Source of the DNA: Nitrosopumilus sp.
GTDB lineage: Archaea > Thermoproteota > Nitrososphaeria > Nitrososphaerales > Nitrosopumilaceae
DNA: 64,000 bases
Assembly: GCA_965238275.1 (NCBI GenBank)
Contig: OZ250186.1
Location: forward strand, 672,001-736,000
Direction: 5' to 3'
The position numbers and the translations under genes are program-made. Positions 9,197 through 20,627 of the stretch are shown one piece after another. Numbering within the stretch: the stretch's first letter is position 1; each line of letters starts with the position of its first letter. The notes under the pieces were generated by a model. The model was not told the DNA's origin, did no database searches, and saw nothing but the letters and a program-made list of their open reading frames with translations.

Positions 9197-9876
9197 AGCA
9201 AGAATCTAAATTTTTTATATTTAAATAAACTGGTTCAATTTTCGAACATGATTCATGATCTGTTCTGCGCCATAATCATTCAACTTGATCCTTCAAAATG
9301 TAATTGTTTTGTGACACAGGCCGTACAAACCCGCATCTGCCATCCGTTCAGGTGCCTGCCTGTGATTCCCTCCGACTGATGTCTCCGCATATACGGGGGT
9401 TTGCCCATCTCAGATCCTTTTTTGGTTTGTTGATCCCATGATATTTTATAGCATGTCCTGCACAGGATCTCCATATTCCTGCATCGTTTGTTCTGTCATT
9501 GGCAAGCGGAATCTTGTGATTTGCTGAAAGATCATCTTTCTTGTCGCACGTTTTACATCTGCATCAGCTGCCTTGGTATTGCCGTAAAGGAAGGCTCTCT
9601 TGCCATAACTTCTTATTATTTCTCTAACACCTGTGTGTTCTCCTGACATCTAATCATCCTGACACATGCAGGCTGGTAGGGACACCCTGGCATATCCCAC
9701 ACCCTAGCAAAAAGATCGCACCTGATATGGCCAGGCAGGCAATTTCAGTGCATGCAGGCAGCATAATGCAATACTGCATGGATTCCCGGTTACACCGCCT
9801 GTTCTGGACATGTCTGGTACGCAGGCTGAAATCCGGCTAGCAACATTAATTTACACACGGTGGATCTCTAGAAGAA

Positions 9877-10674
9877 ATGCCTGCCGAAACCCATGAACTT
9901 CCGGAACAAGGCGAGATAGTGCTTGCCACCGTTACCCGGGTGATGGACCACGGCGCATACGTAACGCTTGACGAATATGACGAGATTCAGGGATTCCTGC
10001 ACATCTCGGAGATCGCACCAGGATGGATCAGGGCCATAAACAGGTTTGTCCGGGACGGGGACAAGAAGGTGCTGCTTGTAAAGAAGGTCAATCCAAAACG
10101 GGGCGACATTGACCTGTCCCTAAAGCAGGTATCAAACGACCAGAGAAAGCAGAAGCTCAAGGAGGTCAAGAAGTTTGAGAAGGGAAGGACGCTGCTCCAG
10201 AATGTGCAGGAGAAGGCAGGTCTGACAGATGCCCAGGTTGAAAGTCTGGAGGACAAGATATACTCAAAGTTTGACTCTGTGTATGACGCATTTGTAAGGA
10301 TTGGAAGGAATGGGATAGGGGCAGTCAGCGATCTGGACATTACCGAGAGAACCGCAGGCGTCATAGGGGAGATCGCATCCAAGATGAAGCTGCCCTCAGT
10401 CGAGATCAGGGGCATCATGGAGATTACCAGCGAGAGACCCGACGGGGTGGAGATTATAAAAAAGACGCTGCTGGATGTACTGGGACGGGATCCTACCATC
10501 CGCATTACCTACCTGGGAGCCCCCAAGTACCGGCTCTCGATAGTCTCAGAGGACTTCAAATCCGCTGAAAAGTCCTTAAAACCGATAATAAACGAGATCC
10601 AGACCGGGATAACCAAAAAGAAGGGCATGTTCAAGTTTACCCGGGAAGAGTCAAAAAAGACGAGGGAGAACTAG
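9877..10674 (+). CDS. eif2a: Translation initiation factor aIF-2 alpha
   Basis: S1 domain LPEQGEIV...HISEIAPGWIR, GAPKYR; followed by nop10. Confidence 0.96.
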   Translation: MPAETHELPEQGEIVLATVTRVMDHGAYVTLDEYDEIQGFLHISEIAPGWIRAINRFVRDGDKKVLLVKKVNPKRGDIDLSLKQVSNDQRKQKLKEVKKFEKGRTLLQNVQEKAGLTDAQVESLEDKIYSKFDSVYDAFVRIGRNGIGAVSDLDITERTAGVIGEIASKMKLPSVEIRGIMEITSERPDGVEIIKKTLLDVLGRDPTIRITYLGAPKYRLSIVSEDFKSAEKSLKPIINEIQTGITKKKGMFKFTREESKKTREN

Positions 10675-10830
10675 ATGCGCTTCCAGATGAGGCGGTGTTC
10701 TGCATGCAACCGGTACACCCTGAAGGCAAGATGCCAGGAGTGCGACTCTGAGACTGTCTCTGTGCACCCGGCCAGGTTCTCGCCTGATGACAAATACATG
10801 CGATACAGGCTGCCTGAAAGATACGGCTAG
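10675..10830 (+). CDS. nop10: H/ACA RNP protein Nop10, 51 aa
   Basis: Manual translation [23 protein letters not shown]...[15 protein letters not shown]; conserved position after aIF2a. Confidence 0.93.
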   Translation: MRFQMRRCSACNRYTLKARCQECDSETVSVHPARFSPDDKYMRYRLPERYG

Positions 10831-12962
10831 GGGCTCTGCCCGTACTCGTCATTGACCTCGTATACGAATACCCCGATCACCGCAGTACCCCGTTTGTCTA
10901 CAAAACTCTGGGAGGCATAGGCCAGTCTGAGCGGGCCGTCCCCGTCGGCAGGATACTTTATGTTCTCGGCATAAATTGGAATCATTCCGTTTACAAACAC
11001 CGGCGACTGCTGCGCAGGATTGTTCGGGTTGATATACACTACGGGAGTAAACGGGAACATGTCTCCAAGGATGGTCTCGTTCCAGAAGTGATCCGTGCCG
11101 CTTACGCCGTCTGCATGCAGGTACTTGGAGAGGTCCTGGCCTGCTATCCGTATAAACCAGTGTCTCTTTGAATCATCGCCCCCGTAATTCAGGGTGTACA
11201 GCGGCTCTCCGGTGTCCGAGGGCAGCCTCTGCGCTGCCACAAAGACAAGTACATAGTCTGCCCCCATCTCCTGCAGGGCATTCCATGCCTGGTCAGGCGT
11301 ACTCAGAAACATCTTGGCGATGTTTTCAATCACGACAGTGCTTATGGTAGCGTTGTCAGCTATACTTGCCCTCTCCCCCACCGTGGATATCCAGTATCCG
11401 TAGTCCCACCATGACGCAATTACGGCATCCTCCGGCGTATTGGCTCTTATCCATTCCAGCGCACCCAGCCAGTCATTGGTGGCAATTGGAAAGTATGACG
11501 CACCATTGAGGATTGGGGGCGGCTGGCTCGTGGCTGCAAACACCTGTGAATCCCCCCCCGCATACACCATGGGAATTGTCAGAAGGATTATGATTCCTGC
11601 CACATACGGCAGCCTTATGCGGTTCCCCATGGGGCTCTCAATGTTCGGTCTCTTCCTGAAGAACTCCCTTGTCAGGACGGACAGCCCGATGGCGGCCAGG
11701 GCGATCACTCCCACGCCTGCAAAGACCTCCAGTCTGACAAAGGCGGAGCTGATGTATACTCCTGCCATCCCAAGTATCAGTACGAATGCCAGCATGTCGT
11801 GCCTGATCGGTACCGGATTTCCCGAACCGATATTCTTGAGTATGAGCCAGACTCCGGTGCCGGCAAATATCATCAGAACCGAATGAAACACAAACGACTG
11901 GGTGATTGTGGTGGTTGCATGTTCTGAGACCGAATCCACCAGGGGTTCTGTCGTGGTCAGGAACGGGTTGATGGCGTTGAGGTACCTGAAGGACGGGTTT
12001 GGTATAATCTCTACCTCTGCATTCACCGCCAGCAGGCCTGCCCCGACTATGACAAAGGCGGCCAGCAACAGCAGGCCGTTTCTGGTCTTGTGCCTGCCGC
12101 TTCTGGACTGGAGCATGATGCAGGAGACCAGGAATATAGTTGGAACAATCAGCGCGATTCCCTCCATGGAGACAGGAGACAGTCCCCGCGCGAATCCGAC
12201 TGAGGCCAGAAACGAGACGGCAGTGTATACCGGGATGGCCCATACAAGAAACCTGTGGTTGCTGCGCACAAACGGCAGTATTAGGATAAAGACCCCCACA
12301 GGTATTATGAAGAACTGGTTTCCGCCCCATGCTGACATGGCAAACGCCGTGAATATACCGCCTCCTACAATTCTGGCCATGCCCTCCATCCTGTTTCCTG
12401 CGCCTATTCCGCTTAGGAGGAGATAGATTCCTAATATGCCATAGAACAGTCCCAGGGGTTCGGACTTGAACCATCCCAGAGGACCCCTGACTATTATGGG
12501 CAGTGATACAGAGTAGAGTATGGCAGCAAAGAGCCCCGCAGTCGTTCCGCCTATGACCCTGACCAGGGCAAACAAAACCACCGCAGTCAGCGAGCCGATG
12601 ACTGCAGGAAAGACTATCGTAAAGTCGTAAAGGCTGGATCCTCCGCCAAACGCCTGGTAAGTTGCAGCCGCCGTCAGGTGGAGCATAACTTGGGACGTGT
12701 CTGATATGTCCCTGCCTGTGGGATGCCAGCTCAGATCATCGTGCCACTCGTAGTATTGGACGATTCCATTCTCTACCATGTACTGTGTGGCCCGGTAGTT
12801 GTAGAAGGGATCAAACTCGTTGAGCTCAAAGCCAAACTCTGCAGGCTGGGAACGAATAAGCATCGACATAGTAAATGACAGGGCAAGGACGCCGATTATC
12901 AGAAGATGGCTGTACCTTAGGTTAAAAGAGCCGACGGATATGAGAGATGGATTTGCTTTCAA
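10827..12962 (-). CDS. aglB: Oligosaccharyltransferase AglB (STT3 family)
   Basis: EFDPFY, VSEH, WWDYG, DNAT motifs; many TM segments. Confidence 0.95.
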   Translation of the reverse strand: MKANPSLISVGSFNLRYSHLLIIGVLALSFTMSMLIRSQPAEFGFELNEFDPFYNYRATQYMVENGIVQYYEWHDDLSWHPTGRDISDTSQVMLHLTAAATYQAFGGGSSLYDFTIVFPAVIGSLTAVVLFALVRVIGGTTAGLFAAILYSVSLPIIVRGPLGWFKSEPLGLFYGILGIYLLLSGIGAGNRMEGMARIVGGGIFTAFAMSAWGGNQFFIIPVGVFILILPFVRSNHRFLVWAIPVYTAVSFLASVGFARGLSPVSMEGIALIVPTIFLVSCIMLQSRSGRHKTRNGLLLLAAFVIVGAGLLAVNAEVEIIPNPSFRYLNAINPFLTTTEPLVDSVSEHATTTITQSFVFHSVLMIFAGTGVWLILKNIGSGNPVPIRHDMLAFVLILGMAGVYISSAFVRLEVFAGVGVIALAAIGLSVLTREFFRKRPNIESPMGNRIRLPYVAGIIILLTIPMVYAGGDSQVFAATSQPPPILNGASYFPIATNDWLGALEWIRANTPEDAVIASWWDYGYWISTVGERASIADNATISTVVIENIAKMFLSTPDQAWNALQEMGADYVLVFVAAQRLPSDTGEPLYTLNYGGDDSKRHWFIRIAGQDLSKYLHADGVSGTDHFWNETILGDMFPFTPVVYINPNNPAQQSPVFVNGMIPIYAENIKYPADGDGPLRLAYASQSFVDKRGTAVIGVFVYEVNDEYGQSP

Positions 12963-12999
12963 TTACACTCTTTCTTACCCTTTGCATATTATTCTTTAC

Positions 13000-13458
13000 C
13001 TATCCTGGTGAGTATCTTCCTTCCAGTCTGGCCTCTGCAAGAATGTGACCGCGCATTGCATCCTCGATCTTGGCCTTGGTGGAGTCCTTCCCGCACTCCA
13101 GCATGGAATCCAGCGCATACAGTTTGAAGACATATGTGTGCTCCCTGTCCGGAGGGGCCGGACCGCCATACCCCGTGTTACCAAAGTCCGTCATGCCCTG
13201 AAGGCACCCGGGCGGGACAGAGTCCTCCCCAATTCCGGTGGTGGCAGGATCAATATTCCACACAACCCAGTGCACCCAGACCTTTCCTACTGCACCCATG
13301 GCATCCGGGTCGTCCATTATCAGCGCAAGGGATGCCGTTCCTGCTGGGATCTGACTTATCTCCAGCGGAGGGCTGTGGTTTCCATTCTTGTACCCGTATC
13401 TTCTTGGAATGACGCTGCCGTTCTCAAAGGCGGCACTTCTTATGGCAAGGTTTCCCAT
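13000..13458 (-). CDS. YbhB/YbcL (PEBP) family protein
   Basis: MDDPDA, WVHWVVWN, YGGPAPP...HTYVFKLYALD. Confidence 0.93.
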   Translation of the reverse strand: MGNLAIRSAAFENGSVIPRRYGYKNGNHSPPLEISQIPAGTASLALIMDDPDAMGAVGKVWVHWVVWNIDPATTGIGEDSVPPGCLQGMTDFGNTGYGGPAPPDREHTYVFKLYALDSMLECGKDSTKAKIEDAMRGHILAEARLEGRYSPG

Positions 13459-13492
13459 GAATGGATTTGTAAAGGCTCAAAGTTAAATTTTT

Positions 13493-13861
13493 CTAAGATT
13501 CCAGTATTATCATATTCCTTGAGAAGGACATTACCGTGCCTCCGCGCTCCTTTATCCCTCTCTTCAGACCCGCGTCCATCGTGGCAACAATTCCCCCGTG
13601 CCCTGAGACATACCTTAGAAGCTCCCTGTCGGCAAACGCACCCGTGATGGGAACCATCTTGAGATTCTTGGCATACTCTAGAGTTTCCAGAGCGTCCCTA
13701 CTCTTTGATGGATCCTCTGCCAGCCTGGACAGCTCAGTCTTTACCACATGGGGAACGACAAACGTTATTTCCCCTATCTCCACATCAAGCCTGTCGATGT
13801 TCTTGATACGCCGGGTTGCAAGATGAATCAAAAAGCTTGTATCACAGATGACCTCAACCAA
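13493..13861 (-). CDS. PIN-domain protein (Fcf1/Utp24-like)
   Basis: VICDTSFL, V..EL, AD..L, VATMD; canonical position after aIF2g. Confidence 0.88.
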   Translation of the reverse strand: MVEVICDTSFLIHLATRRIKNIDRLDVEIGEITFVVPHVVKTELSRLAEDPSKSRDALETLEYAKNLKMVPITGAFADRELLRYVSGHGGIVATMDAGLKRGIKERGGTVMSFSRNMIILES

Positions 13862-15116
13862 CTATTCCTGCACCAATCAGTCTCCATCTCTCGGCAATCC
13901 TTCTGCTGATAGCCACATACCCGCCCTCAAAGATGCAGGCAGGCCTTCCCAGTTCGACTTCAATGCTGTCTGAGACCATCTTGGAGACCTTGCCTAGTAC
14001 GGGAGCGGTTCCTATGTTCAGTCGGAGCATCTCGCCGGACTGTATGGGCTGCACCTTGACATCCTGCGTGGTTCCCACGGCTGAGTCAAACAGGTTTACA
14101 TCAAGCTTTAGCGTTGTGGAGTTATCCGGAATGGTGCCCGGCCTCCCAATGACTGAGCCGATAAAGGAGTCGCTTCTGGTCATGGACGGATCCAGTTTTG
14201 TCCCTATGGCGACTAGGCCGCCTGGCTTTACCGAATTGACGATTCCTGCTGCGGTTCCAAGCGATGTAATCTCAGTTGTCAGTGGTCGGTATGATTTTTT
14301 CTTCTCACTCATGATGCCGGGTTTTATCTCGATCTCGTCGCCCACGTTAAAGACTCCCTGGGTCAGGCTTCCGCCTACAACCCCACCCTTGATGTTCTTG
14401 AGTTTGGTACTGGGTCTGTTGACATCAAACGAGCGCAACACATGCATGACTGCATCCTTCTTCTCGTCCCTTGCAGGCGTCTTTATGGTGGACTCTATGC
14501 AACCGATCAGCGCATCAATGTTCAGTCCCGACTGAGCCGAGATTGGAACCACAGGTGCCCCTGCCGCATGTGTCCCCTCTACAAACTTTGAGATGTCACG
14601 ATAATTGTCAAGCGCCTCCTGGTATGAGAGCAGGTCCACCTTGTTTTGCACCATTACAATCTGCCGTATGTTAAGAGTCTGAAGTGCCAAAAGATGCTCC
14701 TTTGTCTGCGGTTTTGGAACCTTCTCGTTTGCTGCAACCAGTAGCAGCGCACCATCCATCAATGCAGAGCCGGACAGCATGTTTGCCATCAGGCTCTCGT
14801 GTCCGGGACTATCTACAAAACTCACCACCCTGGACAGCTGGCTCTCTCCTCCGCAGTTGTTGCACTTTGGGACAGTCGAGTATCCCAAGGGTTCCTCACA
14901 GCTGCTGCACTTGTAGAATGCCGCATCAGAATAGCCTACGCGGATAGTGATTCCGCGCTTGAGTTCTTGGCTGTGGACGCTGGTCCAGGAGCCTGTAAGT
15001 GCCTGGATGAGGGTCGTTTTTCCATGATCCACATGGCCTGCGGTTCCGATGTTTACGCATGGTTGATACCCGTATTTTTCAATGTACCATTCTGGCAGTG
15101 TCTCTCTCCAGTGCAT
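13854..15116 (-). CDS. eif2g: Translation initiation factor aIF-2 gamma
   Basis: GHVDHGKT, RGITI, DSPGHE, QNKVD, WRLIG. Confidence 0.97.
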   Translation of the reverse strand: MHWRETLPEWYIEKYGYQPCVNIGTAGHVDHGKTTLIQALTGSWTSVHSQELKRGITIRVGYSDAAFYKCSSCEEPLGYSTVPKCNNCGGESQLSRVVSFVDSPGHESLMANMLSGSALMDGALLLVAANEKVPKPQTKEHLLALQTLNIRQIVMVQNKVDLLSYQEALDNYRDISKFVEGTHAAGAPVVPISAQSGLNIDALIGCIESTIKTPARDEKKDAVMHVLRSFDVNRPSTKLKNIKGGVVGGSLTQGVFNVGDEIEIKPGIMSEKKKSYRPLTTEITSLGTAAGIVNSVKPGGLVAIGTKLDPSMTRSDSFIGSVIGRPGTIPDNSTTLKLDVNLFDSAVGTTQDVKVQPIQSGEMLRLNIGTAPVLGKVSKMVSDSIEVELGRPACIFEGGYVAISRRIAERWRLIGAGIVG

Positions 15117-15328
15117 AAAATAAGGTCTTCAGCCGGTATATGTTAAGTTATTCCTTTCAAGCGGTTCCTCTATTGTACCGAAATTAGGTCGTCCTAATTT
15201 TAGACGTACTGCAAAGGAATACTTTGTCCTTTATCGGTCAAGAAAACCGTTGATAAAACGCCTGACTGCAAAGACAATCAGATACGCAGTCACACAGTGC
15301 AGGAAAGGCCAAAAGACGTCCCAGATTG

Positions 15329-16762
15329 TGTGGGATCCCGAAAGTAGTTCGCCCCCCTCCAAGACTTGGAGGTACTTGCATGTTTGATGTTGCCGGTCGT
15401 TGCATAATTGTCTTACGTCGGATCCTGCGGCCCGGATCACGAATTTTCTTCATTTCCACTCCACGCATGAGATCTTTTCAAAAAATTATGCGCAGTATCC
15501 CCTGTAGATTGCACGAGGCCTGACCGTGTCGGATCGCTGCTATTCTGCGCGGTACTCTTGTCCTGTCTGGCCGTCCACTACCGTCTCCCCAGCCGGGGAC
15601 ATCTTTCTTTTAAACGCCTGCGCCGGTGTCTCAAGGTTGTCCCAGTCAAGGGACATGTGCGGTCGGTCGTGATTGTACCACTCCATGAAACGCTCCACTG
15701 GATCCTTTGATGGTGCGGCGCAAAACGGCCCGCCCACGTGAGAATTCTTTGACGCGCCGCGTCTGATCTTGGAAGATGATGCTGCTGCCTCGAAGCGGTG
15801 CAGCTTGCGTTGCATCTCCCCGTGCAGGCGTTCCAGCTTGCCGTTTGTCTGCGGATGCCTCACGCGGGCCAGGATGTGTTTGATGTCAAGCTCAACTAGC
15901 CTCTGCTCAAACTTGGAGGCTCCCTTCTTCTTGGCCTCTGACTCGGTGGCATAGAACTGGGTGCCGCGGTCCGTCAGGATTGACGCCGGCTTGCCGTGGT
16001 TTTTTATGGCCTCGTCAAGCACCTTCAGGGCGTTTTCGGTGGTCGCCTCCTGGAATACCCCAAAGCCAGTCACGAAGCGCGAGGCGTCGTCCTCGTAGCA
16101 CAAGAACCACCTGCCGTCGTCAAGCTGCTTGTAGTCGGTGTGCCACATCGAGTTGGAGTGCTCGCGCTCGTAGCGGATCCACTTGCGGCGCTGGCTCTTC
16201 TTTGGCTGTGTGTCTGCAAAACCGGCATCCTTCAATATTTTGTGCAGGGTGTTGTGCGGGATATGTATTCCGGCAAGCGACTTTATGATGCGCTCCAAGG
16301 ATGCTGCCCCTTGGACCTCGTTTGATGCCGCCGAGAGGACCGCAGAATGATCCCGTCGTCCGGGCGCGCACTTTTTGGGCCTGCCCATAGGGGCAGGATA
16401 TGCGATTTTGTCCTCGTCTCTGTACCTCTTCCACAGCTTTTGGATCCAGCGGACCGACACCCCCGTGCTTGCAGCAATCTCCTTGTTGCGCGTATTCTTG
16501 CGTTTCTCTCGTATGATCCATTCGACCTTGGCCTGATCCAGCTTTTTCATTACTCGCACTCTCCGTCTTCCTATATGACGCCACACCGCCGAACGTATTC
16601 TCTGACGGACCCACACACCACCGTTTCCAGTAATGGTCATGCTGACTGCACTTCCCATGGATTTCACGTGGGATGCCACGCCGTGGATGATGTCCTTCAT
16701 CGGGAATGTCCACCCGGGGCTCGAGTCTCATGTGGGGGGTGAACTACTTTTGGGACAATACA
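15329..16762 (-). mobile_element. IS481-family element B (1434 bp)
   Basis: TGT...ACA ends; 15-bp TSD AGACGTCCCAGATTG at 15314-15328 and 16763-16777. Confidence 0.95.
15540..16700 (-). CDS. IS481-family DDE transposase (true start probably MKKLDQ, 50 codons in)
   Basis: HTH, WHTDYK, TDRGTQF, HPQTNGKLER, YNHDRPHMSL. Confidence 0.93.
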   Translation of the reverse strand: MKDIIHGVASHVKSMGSAVSMTITGNGGVWVRQRIRSAVWRHIGRRRVRVMKKLDQAKVEWIIREKRKNTRNKEIAASTGVSVRWIQKLWKRYRDEDKIAYPAPMGRPKKCAPGRRDHSAVLSAASNEVQGAASLERIIKSLAGIHIPHNTLHKILKDAGFADTQPKKSQRRKWIRYEREHSNSMWHTDYKQLDDGRWFLCYEDDASRFVTGFGVFQEATTENALKVLDEAIKNHGKPASILTDRGTQFYATESEAKKKGASKFEQRLVELDIKHILARVRHPQTNGKLERLHGEMQRKLHRFEAAASSSKIRRGASKNSHVGGPFCAAPSKDPVERFMEWYNHDRPHMSLDWDNLETPAQAFKRKMSPAGETVVDGQTGQEYRAE

Positions 16763-17694
16763 AGACGTCCCAGATTGCCAAAGAGATAGGAGTCTCACAA
16801 AGGCACGTTCAGCGACTGTACGCCCGGTTCTGCAGGACAGAATCCCACCACGTTCCAATGCCAGCGGGAAGAAAGCCCATACGGGCCACCGAAGACGAGA
16901 TACGGCGGGTTCTGGACATGCACGCACGGGAACCGGTAGGCGTGCTGCGCACGGTAGGAAATCTCAAAACAGACTGCGATATAAGCTACAGACGGGCATA
17001 CAGGATCATGAAAGAGCATGGTTTGGTAACGCCCTCGGCTGCAAAGTCAAAGAAGAGAAAGTGGGTCCGTTTTGAGAGGAAATACTCGAACGCAATGTGG
17101 CATGTGGACTGGCACGTCATGAAGGATCCGCGCTTCAGGGGCCTCAACCTGATAACGTACCTGGATGACTCATCCAGATGCATAGCAGCAGCACAGATGT
17201 TCACCGAGGCCACCTCTGAGAACGCGGTGGCCGTGCTGCGAAAGGCGATCGAGACGTTTGGAACACCTGCCACCATACTGTCTGACAACGGCTCATGCTT
17301 TGTAGGCGCGGCAGGCAGGCACAAGAAAGGAAAAGATGGCCGGAGAAGGAAGGCAGCTGCAGGATCATGGCAGCCCACCGCCTTTGAGGCCGAGCTGCTG
17401 GACCGCGGAATTGAACTGATAAACACCCGGCCGTACCATCCACAGACCAACGGAAAGCTGGAGCGGTTCCACCGCAACATAGAGGAAGAGATTTACCATT
17501 ACGAGTCGCTGTCCGACTATGTCCAATACTATAATGAGCGAAGGCTGCACTTTTCACTTGACATGGCAAACCGTGAGACACCGCTCAGAGCGTTTTCCGC
17601 AAGAAAGGCCACAGATGAGATCAGAAAAGACAACCCCCAATGGATGGAGGTAGACACTGATGAGTAGGCGACATTATTTCGGTATACTACACTT

Positions 17695-18069
17695 TCAAGC
17701 GGTTCCTGCATCTGGGGCCTCTACCGGAAGTTCACCGTCAAGCCTGCAGTTAATTTGATAAATCTCCTCTGATATGGTGTTCCCACGCATTAGTTTTCTT
17801 ATCCTCTGGCCCGACTCTGCATCCTGAAGGCCGACTCCCTTGGAGAGCAGGACATGCTTTCTTGCCGCACCGTGAATGTCACTCCGCATCGGAACGCCTG
17901 ATTTGTCAGAACCGCCTGTAATCTTCAGCCTGCCGGGAAACCCCACAACTGACGCATCCGTCTCGTCACCCACCTGCAGGCCAAGCAGGGGGCTTGCATC
18001 GCTGTCCTTGAGCTCCTTTGAGACTGCCTTTCCTTTAGTGTCTGATATCGTTATCTTGAAGTTTACCAA
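17695..18069 (-). CDS. rps6e: 30S ribosomal protein S6e
   Basis: KITGGSDKSGVPM, RKLMRGN, QIN. Confidence 0.96.
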   Translation of the reverse strand: MVNFKITISDTKGKAVSKELKDSDASPLLGLQVGDETDASVVGFPGRLKITGGSDKSGVPMRSDIHGAARKHVLLSKGVGLQDAESGQRIRKLMRGNTISEEIYQINCRLDGELPVEAPDAGTA

Positions 18070-18123
18070 GCATTCCCAAAAAAAATTGCACGACTAATTA
18101 ATCTTTGGAACATTGTTCCGGAT

Positions 18124-19179
18124 TGTATTGTAACGAAATTATGTCCACCTATTCTTCGACGCACCCTGCATGACTTCATTAGGCTGCACCGATCAGGACG
18201 ACCAATGCCGACCAAACTTGATGATGCCAAAATCAAGTACGTCATCCGCGAGAAGAAGAAAGGGACATCCAACACAAAGATAGCAGACGGTGTGAGGATA
18301 AGCACCCGTCATGTGCGCCGCCTCTGGTCCCTGTACGAGGCGACAGGATCATTACCTGTCATCAAGAGCGCAGGCAGACCAGCTGCCAAGATATCCGATG
18401 AGGATGTCAGGCGGGTGCTGGATGCGTATGGGAACGAGGGTGCTGGTGTGGGACGTGTTGCCAAGGCACTGAGGCATCAAAACATAAGCGGGCGGACCGT
18501 ATACAAGGTGATGAAGGAACACGGGTTGGTGGAACCGTGCCCCACCAAATCAAAGAAACGCAAGTGGGTAAGGTACGAACGCCTTCACTCAAACTCCATG
18601 TGGCACACGGACTGGCACGTGATGAAAGACTACCGCATGAAGGATCTGAGCCTGATCACGTACTTGGACGACGCCTCAAGATGCGTGACAGGGTTTGGCC
18701 TGTTTGATGAGGCTACCGGCCAGAACGCCGTGCAGGTGCTCAGGCAGGCCGTCCAAGCATTTGGCGTCCCGTCATCCATCCTGTCCGATAACGGTTCGTG
18801 TTTTGTGGGAGTTCGAAGGGGCACGCCAAAGGGATCCTGGAGACCCACCATCTTTGAAAACGAGCTGTTGGATCTTGACATACACCTAATCAACTCCAGG
18901 CCATACCACCCCCAGACCAACGGCAAGCTAGAGCGGTTCCACCGAACCATTGAGGACGAGGTAGGACGGCACGACAGCTTGGAAGATTTCATCACATTCT
19001 ACAACGAGAGACGATTGCACTGGTCACTTGACATAGATAATTGCCAGACGCCTCTCAAGGCGTTCCATGACAAGGCAGCAGACGAATCCACAAGAGCTAC
19101 CAACCCAAACTGGATGGAGGCGGATGTCCATGGATAAACAGCCACCAAATGGGGGCGGACATAATTTCGTTACAATACA
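18124..19179 (+). mobile_element. IS481-family element C
   Basis: 23-bp perfect TIR TGTATTGTAACGAAATTATGTCC; TSD AACATTGTTCCGGAT at 18109-18123 and 19180-19194. Confidence 0.95.
18205..19137 (+). CDS. IS481-family DDE transposase
   Basis: WHTDW, SDNGSCF, YHPQTNGKLERF, YNERRLHWSL. Confidence 0.93.
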   Translation: MPTKLDDAKIKYVIREKKKGTSNTKIADGVRISTRHVRRLWSLYEATGSLPVIKSAGRPAAKISDEDVRRVLDAYGNEGAGVGRVAKALRHQNISGRTVYKVMKEHGLVEPCPTKSKKRKWVRYERLHSNSMWHTDWHVMKDYRMKDLSLITYLDDASRCVTGFGLFDEATGQNAVQVLRQAVQAFGVPSSILSDNGSCFVGVRRGTPKGSWRPTIFENELLDLDIHLINSRPYHPQTNGKLERFHRTIEDEVGRHDSLEDFITFYNERRLHWSLDIDNCQTPLKAFHDKAADESTRATNPNWMEADVHG

Positions 19180-19193
19180 AACATTGTTCCGGA

Positions 19194-20627
19194 TGTATTG
19201 TCCCAAAAGTAGTTCACCCCCCACATGAGACTCGAGCCCCGGGTGGACATTCCCGATGAAGGACATCATCCACGGCGTGGCATCCCACGTGAAATCCATG
19301 GGAAGTGCAGTCAGCATGACCATTACTGGAAACGGTGGTGTGTGGGTCCGTCAGAGAATACGTTCGGCGGTGTGGCGTCATATAGGAAGACGGAGAGTGC
19401 GAGTAATGAAAAAGCTGGATCAGGCCAAGGTCGAATGGATCATACGAGAGAAACGCAAGAATACGCGCAACAAGGAGATTGCTGCAAGCACGGGGGTGTC
19501 GGTCCGCTGGATCCAAAAGCTGTGGAAGAGGTACAGAGACGAGGACAAAATCGCATATCCTGCCCCTATGGGCAGGCCCAAAAAGTGCGCGCCCGGACGA
19601 CGGGATCATTCTGCGGTCCTCTCGGCGGCATCAAACGAGGTCCAAGGGGCAGCATCCTTGGAGCGCATCATAAAGTCGCTTGCCGGAATACATATCCCGC
19701 ACAACACCCTGCACAAAATATTGAAGGATGCCGGTTTTGCAGACACACAGCCAAAGAAGAGCCAGCGCCGCAAGTGGATCCGCTACGAGCGCGAGCACTC
19801 CAACTCGATGTGGCACACCGACTACAAGCAGCTTGACGACGGCAGGTGGTTCTTGTGCTACGAGGACGACGCCTCGCGCTTCGTGACTGGCTTTGGGGTA
19901 TTCCAGGAGGCGACCACCGAAAACGCCCTGAAGGTGCTTGACGAGGCCATAAAAAACCACGGCAAGCCGGCGTCAATCCTGACGGACCGCGGCACCCAGT
20001 TCTATGCCACCGAGTCAGAGGCCAAGAAGAAGGGAGCCTCCAAGTTTGAGCAGAGGCTAGTTGAGCTTGACATCAAACACATCCTGGCCCGCGTGAGGCA
20101 TCCGCAGACAAACGGCAAGCTGGAACGCCTGCACGGGGAGATGCAACGCAAGCTGCACCGCTTCGAGGCAGCAGCATCATCTTCCAAGATCAGACGCGGC
20201 GCGTCAAAGAATTCTCACGTGGGCGGGCCGTTTTGCGCCGCACCATCAAAGGATCCAGTGGAGCGTTTCATGGAGTGGTACAATCACGACCGACCGCACA
20301 TGTCCCTTGACTGGGACAACCTTGAGACACCGGCGCAGGCGTTTAAAAGAAAGATGTCCCCGGCTGGGGAGACGGTAGTGGACGGCCAGACAGGACAAGA
20401 GTACCGCGCAGAATAGCAGCGATCCGACACGGTCAGGCCTCGTGCAATCTACAGGGGATACTGCGCATAATTTTTTGAAAAGATCTCATGCGTGGAGTGG
20501 AAATGAAGAAAATTCGTGATCCGGGCCGCAGGATCCGACGTAAGACAATTATGCAACGACCGGCAACATCAAACATGCAAGTACCTCCAAGTCTTGGAGG
20601 GGGGCGAACTACTTTCGGGATCCCACA
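19194..20627 (+). mobile_element. IS481-family element D, inverted copy of B
   Basis: Same 1434-bp length and identical ORF translations as B; flanked by AACATTGTTCCGG at 19180 and 20628. Confidence 0.95.
19256..20416 (+). CDS. IS481-family DDE transposase, identical to 15540-16700
   Basis: Identical 386-aa translation. Confidence 0.93.
   Translation: MKDIIHGVASHVKSMGSAVSMTITGNGGVWVRQRIRSAVWRHIGRRRVRVMKKLDQAKVEWIIREKRKNTRNKEIAASTGVSVRWIQKLWKRYRDEDKIAYPAPMGRPKKCAPGRRDHSAVLSAASNEVQGAASLERIIKSLAGIHIPHNTLHKILKDAGFADTQPKKSQRRKWIRYEREHSNSMWHTDYKQLDDGRWFLCYEDDASRFVTGFGVFQEATTENALKVLDEAIKNHGKPASILTDRGTQFYATESEAKKKGASKFEQRLVELDIKHILARVRHPQTNGKLERLHGEMQRKLHRFEAAASSSKIRRGASKNSHVGGPFCAAPSKDPVERFMEWYNHDRPHMSLDWDNLETPAQAFKRKMSPAGETVVDGQTGQEYRAE

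Larger units (their letters stand above)
15250..17667 (+). pseudogene. IS481 transposase of element A, split by element B
   Basis: LIKRLTAKTIRYAVTQCRKGQK joins TSQIAKEIGVSQRH...WHVDW...SDNG...NGKLERF after removal of B. Confidence 0.9.
15169..17691 (+). mobile_element. IS481-family element A, interrupted by nested element B
   Basis: TIRs TCTATTGTACCGAAATTAGGTCG and (rc) TGTAGTATACCGAAATAATGTCG; 15-bp TSD CTTTCAAGCGGTTCC at 15154-15168 and 17692-17706. Confidence 0.92.

Noticed and set aside
9240-9876. Short minus-strand ORFs (9280-9474, 9446-9649) as a frameshifted gene
   Set aside because: No recognisable motif; cannot be distinguished from chance ORFs or decayed DNA.
16633-17667. 344-aa ORF as an intact transposase
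   Set aside because: Its first ~43 codons are antisense sequence of element B; the real N-terminus lies at 15250-15328.
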